Below the pieces are notes generated by a model. It did no database searches. It was not told where the DNA came from and was given only the letters and a program-made list of their open reading frames with translations. 63,787 nucleotides of DNA, from positions 2,938 to 66,724 of the forward strand of contig NMRA01001033.1 in assembly GCA_002633005.1 (NCBI GenBank), written 5' to 3'. A program made the translations under genes and the position numbers. This document shows, piece after piece, positions 25,484 to 37,191 of this stretch; positions within the stretch are counted from its first letter, which is position 1; every line of letters starts with the position of its first letter. Source of the DNA: Phoronis australis (lineage: Eukaryota > Animalia > Phoronida).

Positions 25484-28027
25484 NAACGACAGAATTTCCA
25501 AAGCTTTTGCACACGAGAAAAAAAAATGGCTACCACGGTGTTGGCGGTGTTGTTGTCACAAGAAGCGACCTCGTTGTCATTGGCAGTCTTGTCTCTATGT
25601 AGAAGCGTCAGTGTCAAAGTCATTGATTTGCTGAGGGGATCTTCGCTGTTGTTATCAATGCAATGATCTCAAGCATGTGACAAAGGGCTTTAATTCAAAT
25701 TCAAGGCAATAAAGAGGCTAAGTTATAAGACCAGTTGCTATTTTCTTCTGTTTTCTGCCAATAGGCTTATGCCATTACCTGCACTATGAAAATTATTAAA
25801 GTATTGACTGGCAAAAACCATTACATGCAAATATTGAATTAATACAAAATCACACGCTTTGTAACGTTTACAACAACGCACATGGTCTTTTAGTCTAAAA
25901 GATGTTTACTAAGAAAATTTAATATTGCATGCAACCGTGTAGACATGACACTTTTAGTATGAAATAATGGTATGCATCAAACTGGCAACTTCAGAGCTCT
26001 TGAGTGGCCCGGGCGGCGTGCCATACACGAGATGTCGAATCGCACTACTAACATTGAGCTTACGGTTTTAACAAAATTACCTGCTTTAGTTTAGTAAATT
26101 GAGAACTTGTTAACCAGTGATTTTATTTTTAATAGAAGCGCACGTACCCATCCCTATACCTGAAAGTGATAAGTCCATAATTTACAAATCCTCACATGAA
26201 GCACAATATTTAAAAGCTATTTTTGAGACACTAGATAGTGGAAAGGCAATAGTAGGCAGAATAAATGTTTTTAGGAAGAATGAAAACGCTTTTTCACACA
26301 CAAATTAAATAATATTTTCTTTTTTCAAAATTTTAGCCTTGCTGTGCTGAGAACTTTTTCGACTTATTGGGAAAAGGGTCTGATTTTCTTTTCCTTTCAT
26401 TTTGTCATTGTACATATGTATGCGTTGCCTTTTCTGTACGTTCGCTTTGAAATGGTTATAAGCTAAACCTGCGGCTGGGTAGCAATTGCTACAGGTCACT
26501 AGATTAAATGATGATTGATGGATTGATTGATTACACAATGAAAAAAGCTAAAGACATTGTCATCAACATTTTCTGTAATAGATGTAACTTTTAATTGTAA
26601 CGTGTATGTATAATAGGATGAAAATATATTGGTAAAGATGGAAGCTCCGCTCCAAAAATTTTCCCAACGAACCATATGCTTCAATTCATAAAAATACTGT
26701 ATCAATCCTCACAACAGTGTCTTTGATGCGTGTAATGAGCATACACGCACTTACGGCACCGGTGACAATTATGACAGACCATTGACAAGCCCATAAATAT
26801 AGGATTTATTGAATGCATTTCGTTGAGTGCTTTCCATGCAGTTTAAAAGATGTAGTTGGTACGTTGACAACAAATTTTTGGATTTTCAAAATTATAACAT
26901 ACTAGCCATTTTACGGTTTACTATCACTCAAAATAAGCTGTTCGGTAATACACCTTTTAATATTTACTCAATAACATGGCATCTGAATTACAATTAACGA
27001 GCAACTTTCCGACACACCCCTTCGAGATCACAGGCCGTGAAACTGGTTTTATCGGGCGTTTAACTGTTCTTAGCAGTTGCATCTTCTGCTCATATGTTGT
27101 GTGTCTCAATACTGAGGCGACCAATCGAAACGCGCCCTAGTGGACATGCAATAAATCAATAGTCACTTACCAGCCATACGTTTTTACTTTTAAAATTTGC
27201 TTTATTCAAACATGTTCATTATCTACGGACATTTTTATATTGTTAAAACTGCTATGTCCATGTTAGTGCAAATGAGTTGTTCTAGTGCTGGAGACGACTC
27301 TTTAATAAAATAAACGCAAACAGAAAGCTTAAGTTCCTAAAATTTGCGTATGTGACGTGAACAACTTCGTATGCTGTTGTAATTCCGAAATGTCTGATTA
27401 CCAACGTAACGGTAAACGTTTAATTTCTGCAGATCTTTAATTTTCAAGTCAAGCTCAGAATATTTCAGCTGACGGCGACGCCAGACAATTTATCGTAATC
27501 TATTTTGCCCGGGGTACGCCACGAGCTATGTTGCAGAGTAAAACAAGAGGAGGATTGCGAATAGTGTCATTTATTATGACGTAAATATATAGAACTAAAT
27601 AAGACTCTGCAGGACAAAACGCCCACTGGCGTGGACAATGAATAGCCCTGAAAAAAGGAATCAAAACAAAAGAACTGCCTGAAGGGCCTAAAGTACAGAA
27701 CATGAACGCAAAACTTGAAAATATTGAACAGGTAATATAGATGAGCAAAAGAAAAAAGTGGAACAGACACCCAGGATGGGGGGGGGGGGAGGTGGGAAAA
27801 ATGCAGAGAACGAACGTAGGTCTTGTAGACGAGGAGGTAGGTGGCTGAATGAGCTAGACCTCGTTGAACTGAACAAAGGAAATATGGGCGACCAATCAGG
27901 TGTCGCATAGAGAAATGTATAATACAAAAGTAGACACTTGAGGCTATAAATAGAGGTGAGTAATAAAAAATACATGTAAACCCTAAGGGTTGGTATCAAT
28001 AAAGTGAAGAATGTCAAAATAATGACG

Positions 28028-28891
28028 ATAAATATAGATTATTACATGGCGAAGTCGTTATCCCCCGTTATCTAGAACCCGAGTGGATTTTCGAGAATTA
28101 TCGCCCGAGGGGCGTTAGCCCCGAGGGTGATAATTCTCCAAAATCCACGAGGGCTCTAGATAAGGGGGATAACGACTGAGAACATGTAATAATCTATTTA
28201 TACCACATACTGAGGGAGAAACATTACAATGAATCGATCTACCTTTCTTGACTCGCCTCGGCTTTGTAACTACTTTCTATGTCAGAGGCCCGGGGTCGGA
28301 GGTCGTGACCTTTTAAGAAAAACCGGGCTATTTTTGTCAAATAATGGTTTTACTCAAAACCAATTGAAAACTTAAATATAATAGAAATAAATTGAATTGA
28401 TAAATTAAGGTTTACCAACTATTATAGCTTAAAACACGTATTTTTCACGCTAAGCTTCGACCGGGAAATTATCGTCTGCTAAATTAGGTTACCACTGGTA
28501 ACTGAATATAATTTTCGAGTCAAAGATCCTGACGACACGATACCCGCATTCAAACTGTAGATCGGTGATTTACAAGTAAGAGGACATGAGAGAAAATTTT
28601 CACTGAATTAAGATATCATTTTTATGGAAATTATGTGTCTTATTTTTCGTAGCGTATAAGCACAGTACAATACCCTTTTCTGACCATGCGATTGTTGCGC
28701 GTGCTCATTTAAGTATTCTATTTTCACTCTTGATGACGTCAGTCGCTGCGTGGTGTAGTGGTAAAGTCGGCGACCAGCAATATAAAGGTCCTGGGTTCGG
28801 CTCCGTCAAATCGTTATCTCACTAGTGAGATATCTTTATGGGTTATTACACGGTTGTATCTGCCATTTGACGCTAATATTGTGGTATAAAT
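28028..28891. mobile_element. Non-autonomous palindromic element, Crypton-like architecture
   Basis: A ~174-bp imperfect palindrome at 28028-28201. ATTTATACCACA (28196-28207) is inverted at 28880-28891. ATAAAT occurs at both termini. Confidence 0.6.
28745..28805 (+). promoter_or_regulatory. tRNA-derived Pol III A/B box segment
   Basis: A box TGGTGTAGTGG and B box GGTTCGGCTCC with tRNA-like spacing. No complete cloverleaf. Confidence 0.6.
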
Positions 28892-29988
28892 GCATTTAAC
28901 AAGGTAAATTTAATTTATCGTAATCTATTTTACACGGGGTACACAACGAGCTATGTTGCAATGTAAAACAAGAGGAGGATTGCAAGTAATGTCATTTATT
29001 ATGACGTAAATAGATAAAACTAAATAAGACTCTGCAAGATGGGCATGGACAAAACGCCATAATGGCACCACGGGAATGCTGACATCGCCCATCCGAGAAA
29101 GCTGAAACCGGGCAATAACAAGGGTAGACTATGATAAAATATAGGTATAAATAACGGTATAATTGAAAACTAGAACACAACAGTCTAGAATATAAAAAAC
29201 TAGAATATAACAAACCGCGAAGCAAAATGCAACAATCAATTGAAGTAAAGGTAACTAGAACTAATGAATAGAAATTGAAGCCTGCAACTGCAGACCTTTG
29301 GCCGCAGGCTGCAAAGACAGACCTGCGAACGGGAGGAGGTCGGCTGCAACAATAAACCTGACCTGGGGGGGACTGAAACCGCAGACCCAGAGTAGTGAGA
29401 AGGCCGGGCTGAAAAGCAAAGTGAGAGAAATGGGGAACTGCAACAACAGGCTCACCAGGAGTTCAGGAAGCATGGGTAAGAGGAAAAAGCAGACTTGCGA
29501 ATGTAGTTTTTTAGTGCGTCGGATTTCCAGCGCCCCATGCGCTGAATCACCGGTTCAGGGACGCCACGGCTGGCCGCTGAGGTGGCAAAAGCTATGTGAC
29601 TTACACAGTATAAGACTTGGTTTCGAGTCCTGCAAAGGAGACCACTTTAGTTAAAGGCGAAGGCAACCTTTTTCCATGTCATTTTGAGCTAAAATAAGGT
29701 TGGTTGGTTATCCTAGACATATTTTTCACTTAATTACAGCTTTTCGTAATTTTATTAATTACTCGTCCGCTTTTCCGGAAGTGACGTTTTAGGAGGCAAG
29801 CGCTTCCCGCCACTTGGTTTTGCGTTGAGCTTACTGTGCGAATCTGTTCTATTCTACTTTTGTTTTGTGCTATTTTTCACCAATTGTCGCCACCACTTTC
29901 CGTCGGCGAGTATTCTGTGGCAAGATAGGTTAGTAGAGAACTCAACTGCGTTGGATTTAGGGATTGTTTAGTGTGTTGTAAGCTGAAA

Positions 29989-30262
29989 ATGGCTGGAGTC
30001 GGTGACCCGTATCACAGTGACAGTAGTGTGAGTGACGGAGACCTTGTTCACAGCAGTGGTGACGAGGAATTTTTTCACGGACATTCAGTGGGTGGGTACA
30101 TGTTTGAGCCCGAGTACAACGAGGCAGAGTACACACAGGCACAGGCAGCTGTTGAGAGAAACGAGGCGGCTACTGAAGACAGACGTGGTGACACATCTTG
30201 GTGCAAATGCACTGTGTGCGTTGTTATGCCTACCTCAATTGAATGCTTGTGCTGTTCCGAGT
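29989..30262 (+). pseudogene. Kolobok accessory protein KolX (P2X7 cytoplasmic ballast-like Cys-rich domain), 3'-truncated
   Basis: MAGV...YMFEPEY...RRGDTSWCKCTVCVVMPTSIECLCCSE. The ORF then runs into antisense transposase sequence at the deletion junction. Confidence 0.8.
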
Positions 30263-31330
30263 TCCACATCAATTATCTTTTTGGTCTCTTCCTCCATTAG
30301 AGTGTATGTGGTATACTTGGCGGACCGCCCTGGTGAGTCAGACAAGTTCTCCTTCTCCATGAATTCCGCCACCAACTCGAGATGTTGTGACATGTATGCG
30401 TCATTGACAACTGGTATTAAATAGGAATTCTGAATGTTGTTGAATGTTGTTTTCGAAAAAAAACTTGACTTTTCCAAAGTCCATCATTGTCTTCACCGAC
30501 TGAAACGTGTTTCCAGTGAAGAGCACACCACTGGACATGGTTAAGTGGACCTCCGGCATACCACGGACAGAGGAACAACTGTCCCACTTGCCAGAGTGTC
30601 CCGTGACACACTCCCACTGGATGGTGACCTGAGCACCCAAACTGCTTACATTGTGTCGTGTGACTCCCTCGCCACACACCTGGCACCTTCTAAATAGCTC
30701 CAACACTTTAGACAAGTCCACAATAAACTTATCAAAGTTTGGCTCACCGATCTGTTCACTGGACGACGAACTGTCCTCTTCACTGGGTGTCGAACTGGGC
30801 CTGTAATCACTCCCACTACTCAATATCGCTGCAGGGCTGCTTAGAGGCTCTGGGCTGGAGAAAACAGCACAGGGCGAATCACTACTGGTTCCAGGAATTG
30901 CACGCTCTGGGGTACGTTCGGAGGCACGGGTGACAGTAGATGAAGTGCCTCCACTGGCTCCAGTCACTGTACTGGCCACAGCTCGCGAGGCTTCTCGCTT
31001 CAAAAACGCACTTCTCGGGGGTGGCGACGGGGCACTGCCGGGAATCAACACAGACGGAATGGCATCCTTCTTCAAGCGTTGTTTCGCGGGGACCTTCATC
31101 AGTTCAGCGTACAAATCCCTTTCGTAATCGGACGGCAGAAAGTGCTTGCCACACACACGGTAATTCTCCACTGCTTTGTACGTTGCGTGGACGGGTAACG
31201 CTGCGTTCTTCACACGAACGAGCCAAGTACGGCGAAGTGTGTCATCCATCGGAAAGCGATGCAAAGGCACTCCCAAAGCGCGCGTGAGCCGATAATTACT
31301 ACATCCCGGTACGCAGCAACAGTGTGGCAT
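30262..31330 (-). pseudogene. Kolobok THAP-domain transposase, N-terminal half (309-aa ORF, then frameshift and deletion)
   Basis: THAP MPHCCCVPGC...LHRFP...W...VCGKHF...AIPS, a Zn motif CQVC...CVTGH, and after the frameshift DSPGRSAKYTTYTLM...KIID. Confidence 0.9.
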
Positions 31331-32290
31331 GTTGACTGACTAGTAAATGAAAGCGAACGACGACGGAACTTAACACAACCGAGGTAGAACAATGACTGAC
31401 TCGGCAGCTCTCACAGTCAGACTATGTGAAAAGAAATTGGCGGGAAGCGCTTGCCTCCTAAAACGTCACTTCCGGAAAAGCGGACGAATAATTAATAAAA
31501 TTACGAAAAGCTGTAATTAAGTGAAAAATATGTCTAGGATAACCAACCAACCTTATTTTAGCTCAAAATGACATGGAAAAAGGTTGCCTTCGCCTTTAAC
31601 ATGGAGTTGAAGCAGGAACATGTAACCGGTGATCCACTGAGGTGTTGGAACAGGTGGCCTGAAGAGGGCTAAAAGTAGAAAAGTACAAGGTTAGGGCAGC
31701 TACCGGACAATGGGAAGATCGACTGGATGGAATCGTAAGTGAGACTGGTCCCGAGCTGTGCTTGAAAGTACACATAATGATGACCACAGAATCGCTAGAA
31801 GGTGGGAAGACGACGTCGCTGACCTGTCTGACGTGAGAGGAGAGCGAGGAGGTGACTGTGAATTCACCGACTCTGAGGAAGGCATGAAAGGCTAGAAGGA
31901 ACATGGCACGTGCGAGAACCGAGTTGGCAAAAGAGCCGAGTGCAGAAGGGCAGGCGTCAAACAAGCGGTGAAGCAAAGCTGAAGTAATGGGCATGAGGAG
32001 CGCAGATTGGAAGCACCTTTGAGGAGTTTTTTGATGACAAAGGAGGAAGTGGGGTCAGGGAGGTTGTCGAGCTTATGGACAAAACTAATGGCAGGGACAT
32101 AGGACTGGACAGACGAGCTACTAAGGCCAGATTCGAAAAGATGGGAGGTGTAGTGGGCTAGGAAAAAAGGTACTAATGGGCAAGGTGAGAGGAGAGTTGT
32201 TAGAAGAGAGGTGAAACTGTGCAAGGTTATGCAGGATGCAGGTGTAGTACTGAATAGTGGAGGGGGCCAGGGAAGCCCGGAGCAGTTTGG

Positions 32291-33435
32291 TCACGCTGCC
32301 TGGAGGTGTGGCGGGATCAGTGTCGGATGACTGCTGAGCCAAGAAGCCTTGGAAAAGACGACCTGAAAGTTGAAACGAGAAAGTGCATCAGCGACGATGT
32401 TAGTGTAGCCAGGGATATGTTTTGCCCGAAAATGAACGTTAAAGGTAAGAGCGGAGATGACCAGACGACGGACAAGGGACATAATTGGGGGGTGGGGTGG
32501 CGGGAGGAGGTCTCGCTGATAATGTCAACGACGGCACGGTTGTCGCACGAGAAAAGAATCTTGTGGTTGGCGAGCTTCGATCCCCACAGCTCTAGCGCTA
32601 TGACAATAGGAAGGAGTTCCTTGAAGGTGATGTGATGGTGCTCGGGTCACGGGCAGGCAGACCAGGAAGCCCCCATTCTCGCAGCAAAACCCCCATTGGA
32701 GCCTGCAGCATCGGCGTACAGTTTGATGGTGTTTGAAGATGTCCACTTGTCGAATAGGAACAGTGTTTTCCCATTGAAGCCTCGGAGAAAGATAGACCAA
32801 GCCCTAAGGTCCGCTCTAGCTTCTTTATTGAGATTGATGAAGTGGTCTGGTCTCGAAATACCAATGGTGAGGTTGATGACGGATCAGGCGAATTTTAGTA
32901 GATCAATAAAGGATTGAAGATCGCGAAGAGTAACCTTCCGGCGCTTCTGGAAGTAGAGGAGGATGTTGGAAGCTTTTTCCACCTTGTCCTGTGGCGAGAA
33001 GCAGTCTTGGTCGTAGAGTCGAGATGGATGCCATGAATGGTGATGGAGGTGGTCGGCTGAATGGTCTTGTCGTGGTTGATAGGAATGCCTAGGAAGTCGC
33101 AGAGCGATATGAATGCGGCGAGGTCCCGGGAGCATGTCGGCGAGGATGAGGGGCCCACCACAAAGAAGTCATCGAGGTAGTGAGAAACGCCGGCGATCTT
33201 CAACTTGGTTTCCAGGATCCAGCTGGAGGCACAGCCAAATGGCAGGCACCTGTCGTATGAGAAGTTGTTGGCCCAGGACAGACCTAAGAGGCGGTAGTCG
33301 TAAGGGTGCGAAAAGCGTCCTTGATGTCAGTCTTAGACATGAGGGAGTGGCGTCCAAACCGTTGAACCAGGCGAATAGCGTCCGTGATGGATTGGTACTG
33401 GACTTGTGAGAAATGAGGGGTATGCGGGAGTTAAC
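32291..33435 (-). pseudogene. Ngaro/DIRS RT-RNase H fragment (copy B)
   Basis: HYLDDFF motif and RNase H end FRAKHIPGYTNIVADALSR. Same truncation point as copy A. Confidence 0.9.
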
Positions 33436-35751
33436 TGAGTTAGAGTAACAAAATGGATATGACAAGTTATGAATGAGACGAAAACTGTTAGGGTGAGATT
33501 TAGATTTAATCCCACGCGTTCAATATTTTAAAGAAATGTCATTGTTTATCCCTTATCGAAGTGCGATAACAACTGACAAACTCAGTTTGGGGTGGGGTCG
33601 GTCAAACGATTCGCATCCTGTAAAAACTGACAACATTCAGATTGAAATGACTTTACACGTTGTAATATATACGTGTGTAATGGTTATCAGATTATAAAGT
33701 GAACGGTCCAGTACACAGCATCAGTTAGTAGTTGGCGGTGGCGGCACAGGTTAGACATATGAACTGTTTCCAAAATGCTATAACTGGCACTGGTAAGGTA
33801 GTTCAGGTCAAAATCATTTGAAAACATGCCTGGCCAGCTTAGAAACAAAAAAGGGAAAAAAGACGCTAGACTGCAGCAAGTAAACGACGTTTCAATAGTT
33901 ATGGAAAGTAATCCTCAGGTATATCATTTGACAGAAGACAAAATATCATAACGGAATGTTCGATTAATAGCGCTGTTCTCAATGGCCGAGACTCCTGCCA
34001 ATTTCCAGGACCAACACCGGTACATTACAATTTGCCGTTTTATTTTAGCAATAATTTCCGAAATTATGAGAAAAAACAAAAATTTCGGTTATAAAACGTG
34101 TTTCCTTTTGAAACATACCCCGTTGTAGAGCTCAGTTGAACTCGTTATAAACCCGACGTCCATCACAAAAAACAACTCTTGATTTTGATCGTTTCAATTG
34201 AAATTGATAACGCGCTACCCTGTTTGACCACATTATCTTTAATAGCAAAATATTATTGAATTGGCTATCAACAGTTGGTGACTGCAGTGTTATACATGTA
34301 TAACTCTCATGGTATCAAAATAAGTTGATTACAAATAGTTACAATCTTTATCTGGCTGAATTTTTGAAATAAGAAATAATGTCTAACTTCAATACTAAAA
34401 AATACCTTGGATATTGCTACGTCTGTACCATTATGTCTTTACCGTAAAGACACAGCAAGATAAAGACACAGCAAGATGATGCCACTAGCCTTAGAGTCTT
34501 ACCGCAACAGAAGGCGTGTATTGGGAACTTTTATAGGCTTTTTAACCGTACGATATCTGACTTAAAATTTGAGCTGAAATACAATTTTAAACGTAATAGA
34601 AACATTCCCATGTGTGTACAACTACTGAGGTGTCTTCACTGTTTTCGGAAAAACGGTTAGGACAGGATATTTAAAATTAAGATGGTCACAAATTCCTCAA
34701 AAATGATTGTGCAGTATGCCAATTGAACATACATTGTTGTATTTTGAAAATTAATGACCTCAAACGCTTAGTTCATGGAATATTAGACATTAATTTTTAG
34801 ATTGTATCTTTACCGTTATTGGGTACTTTATGTGAAAATGGCCGAAATTTTATAGCAAGTACACACACCGGAACAAACGAATTCAAGCAACTCTCCTCCA
34901 TGCGCGGCGCAACCTCAGCTGCCGCCATATTTTACTTGACATTTCGTGTCTAGAGATACTAAAGTGATAAATTAACTGATATTTGTTCTTCTGTTTGCAT
35001 AAGGTACCTGGCTGCCATTTATCAGATGTGGGGGCTCAAACTGCAGGTACCGTGAACATTTTTAATGTCATTTGTCTTATAAATTGAATTGCCGCACGTC
35101 ATTGACCTTTGAATCTAAATTCTCGCTTCTTTCTTGCAATAAATGCTGTCCTAAATTATTTCAGGTTGGTTTCATCATAGACTATAGTTGTCTATAATTT
35201 ATGGTTTCATCAAATACCCACTGTATCGTGATTTCAATTTAAAAAAACGCAATGCTACAATTTCTTCCGCTTTCATACAAAACATATACTTTTTAGACAT
35301 CCGATGAGAGCTGAGAAGCAGCCTGTAACCTTTAGACCTTGTATGCATAGAACATTACTGCAGAACTGGTTACCTGAGTTTGAATATTTGATTGAGAATG
35401 AGCGACTTTCCAGAGGCACATGTCGCTGGCGCAAAACACTGAATATATCCCGCTAATTAAAACTTATTTGCCCTTATAACAGGGAAATATTGGCAGACAC
35501 CACGAGTAAACGTCTGGAATGTTCCACAACAATGTGTTGTAAAATGTGAAAAAACAATACGCAATTTTCTGATGGTCTTTTAGTTCAAGTCTGGGATACA
35601 CTAAATAATTTCATCCGACTTCAGATTGGTAACACTGAGAGGGTTTCTCTACAGTCGATATGTACGTACCTTGCTAGTTAAGGTTTTCGACCGTTGGGCA
35701 CTATGTCTTTCTCAAACTGAACGGAAATAGTGTGTGAATAACGTCACGAGG

Positions 35752-36498
35752 TACACTCTATCACAGTGCTAAACGAAAGTTAGCACTGTAGAATGTTGTT
35801 TAATATGGCCTCCCATTGGTTAAAGTAATGAAACCGACGTCATAACATTCAGCCATTTCCATTGGTTGAAAGTTGGGAAACTCCTTTCAGTTTACAAATT
35901 ACGAAGTGTGGCGACCACGGATTTAAATAGTTGCATCTTATGAAAACGGACAGTGGTGGAAGTAAATAAGACCAAGAAAACCCCAATACAGTGGCTTAGC
36001 CGAAACAAATCCGATGTATAAAGGTGTGTGTCAGTGGTGGCGATGTGGTCGGTATATTGCCGACGGGATGATGGAAGTACTGCCTATCTACGAGGACTTG
36101 CTTGCATCCCGGGGACAATTTGAGAAGTCTGTGTGTCTAGTAATCAGCCCGCTGAATGCCATTCTTGCCCAACAGAGGTATATAGGGAAGCTCTAATTCT
36201 TTCTTTTGGTGAAGAAGGTAAACTGGTGAACACTAACTTTGTTTTCATAATTCACATGAGGTCACGTAACTTGGCTCTATTCAGTGGCGGATTTAGGGGG
36301 GCAAGGGGGTCATGGCCCCTCTAAAATTCTACCAGATACCATTTTGGAGTTCTTGGGCTCGGGGGTGATTAGGCAATGCATACCCTTTCTTTTTTTTAGT
36401 CAACATGTCCTCAAACCCAAAATTCGAGAGCCGTGCATCCCCACATTTTAGGCTGGGCGCGCGCATTTGCAGTATAGGTGGCGCTGTGTCAGAGGGTA
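35752..36498 (+). mobile_element. AcademH-like non-autonomous DNA transposon (747 bp, 9-bp TSD)
   Basis: TSD GTCACGAGG at 35743-35751 and 36499-36507, with the empty site at ~11862. TIRs TACACTCTATCACAGTGC / TACCCTCTGACACAGCGC. Internal RecQ-like helicase relic. Confidence 0.75.
35995..36177 (+). pseudogene. RecQ-like superfamily-2 helicase N-terminal relic
   Basis: PKQIRCIKVCVSGGDVVGILPTG (motif I region), then a frameshift and VCLVISPLNAILAQQ (motif Ia), ending at a GT donor. Confidence 0.75.
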
Positions 36499-36499
36499 G

Positions 36500-36840
36500 T
36501 CACGAGGGTGATGATGAGCGCCCACTTTGGTCGTTTTTCTGAGCAGTGCAGTGTATGAGAGGTCCCGCTGGAGCTGACCACAGTCTGAATTCATACAGTT
36601 ATTGACACTTTTCTTGATGTAAACGGATTCCTTTATCCATCTGAAAAACTTGTTAATCTAAAATAGCTGACCTATCCCCCTCAGATCTCATATGAATTTG
36701 CTGGAAAGCATGGTCCATGATTGCTGATTTGTGGTAAGTAAATTCTAATGACCGTAGTTGACTACGAGTGAACGGTCGGGACGATTCAGGCTCGAGATCC
36801 TCACGTCTTTGAGTAGCCATATGAGAAGAATGCTTACACA
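36500..36840 (-). pseudogene. Penelope-like endonuclease fragment, duplicate of ~11870-12200
   Basis: YHKSAIMDHAFQQIH...WIKESVYIKK. Confidence 0.7.
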
Positions 36841-37191
36841 ATACATCTCTTAATAGTAATGTATTTAAAGAAAGATTTGGTTTTCCAGGAACATCGTTGA
36901 GCAAACTCCCTAAAAAGTCGTCGACCATTCCAAACCTTTTTCGTTTGGAGAGGTCTTGTGTTGACTAAAATGTAAATGCAAGCGGTCTTGAAAATCTAGT
37001 CGTAAGCGCCTTCTGGCATGTCGTGAAGTTGGTGCTGAAAATTTGCCATGACAGAAAGTGCTTTAGTTGATATTTAGAACACTATGTTTTTTAAAATGTG
37101 TCTATGTAATGTTGTTAAATCGTGTGACACTGGATGAAGAACAAACAAACAGCAACACTGATCAAAGATGTGAGGAGGTCACGTGAGATAG

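Larger units (their letters stand above)
29655..31595. mobile_element. Kolobok DNA transposon, internally deleted (1941 bp)
   Basis: TTAA TSDs at 29651-29654 and 31596-31599, AGG..CCT termini, 158-bp TIRs (29655-29812 / 31438-31595) with one mismatch seen, and two convergent ORFs. Confidence 0.93.
29452..32293 (-). pseudogene. Tyrosine recombinase of the Ngaro element, split by the Kolobok insertion (32293-31596 + 29654-29452)
   Basis: LLRASLAPST..., AFHAFLRVGEFT, HCPVAAL. Reading resumes across the TTAA as PVTCSCFNSMLTKVVSFAGL...SHSF..ATSAASRGVPEPVIQRMGRWKSDALKNYIR. Confidence 0.9.
27487..33435 (-). mobile_element. Ngaro-type YR retrotransposon, copy B (RT-RNase H, YR, 3' split direct repeats), 5'-truncated, interrupted by two insertions
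   Basis: RT/RH at 32291-33435, YR at 32293-29452, and direct repeats at 28912-29058 and 27487-27623 downstream of the YR. Confidence 0.8.
32315..37191. repeat. Large duplicated block, copy B
   Basis: Matches 1-2347 plus 10553-12594. Confidence 0.95.

Noticed and set aside
28745-28805. Functional tRNA gene (also 56405-56470)
   Set aside because: A/B boxes only; acceptor and anticodon stems do not pair and there is no clear terminator.
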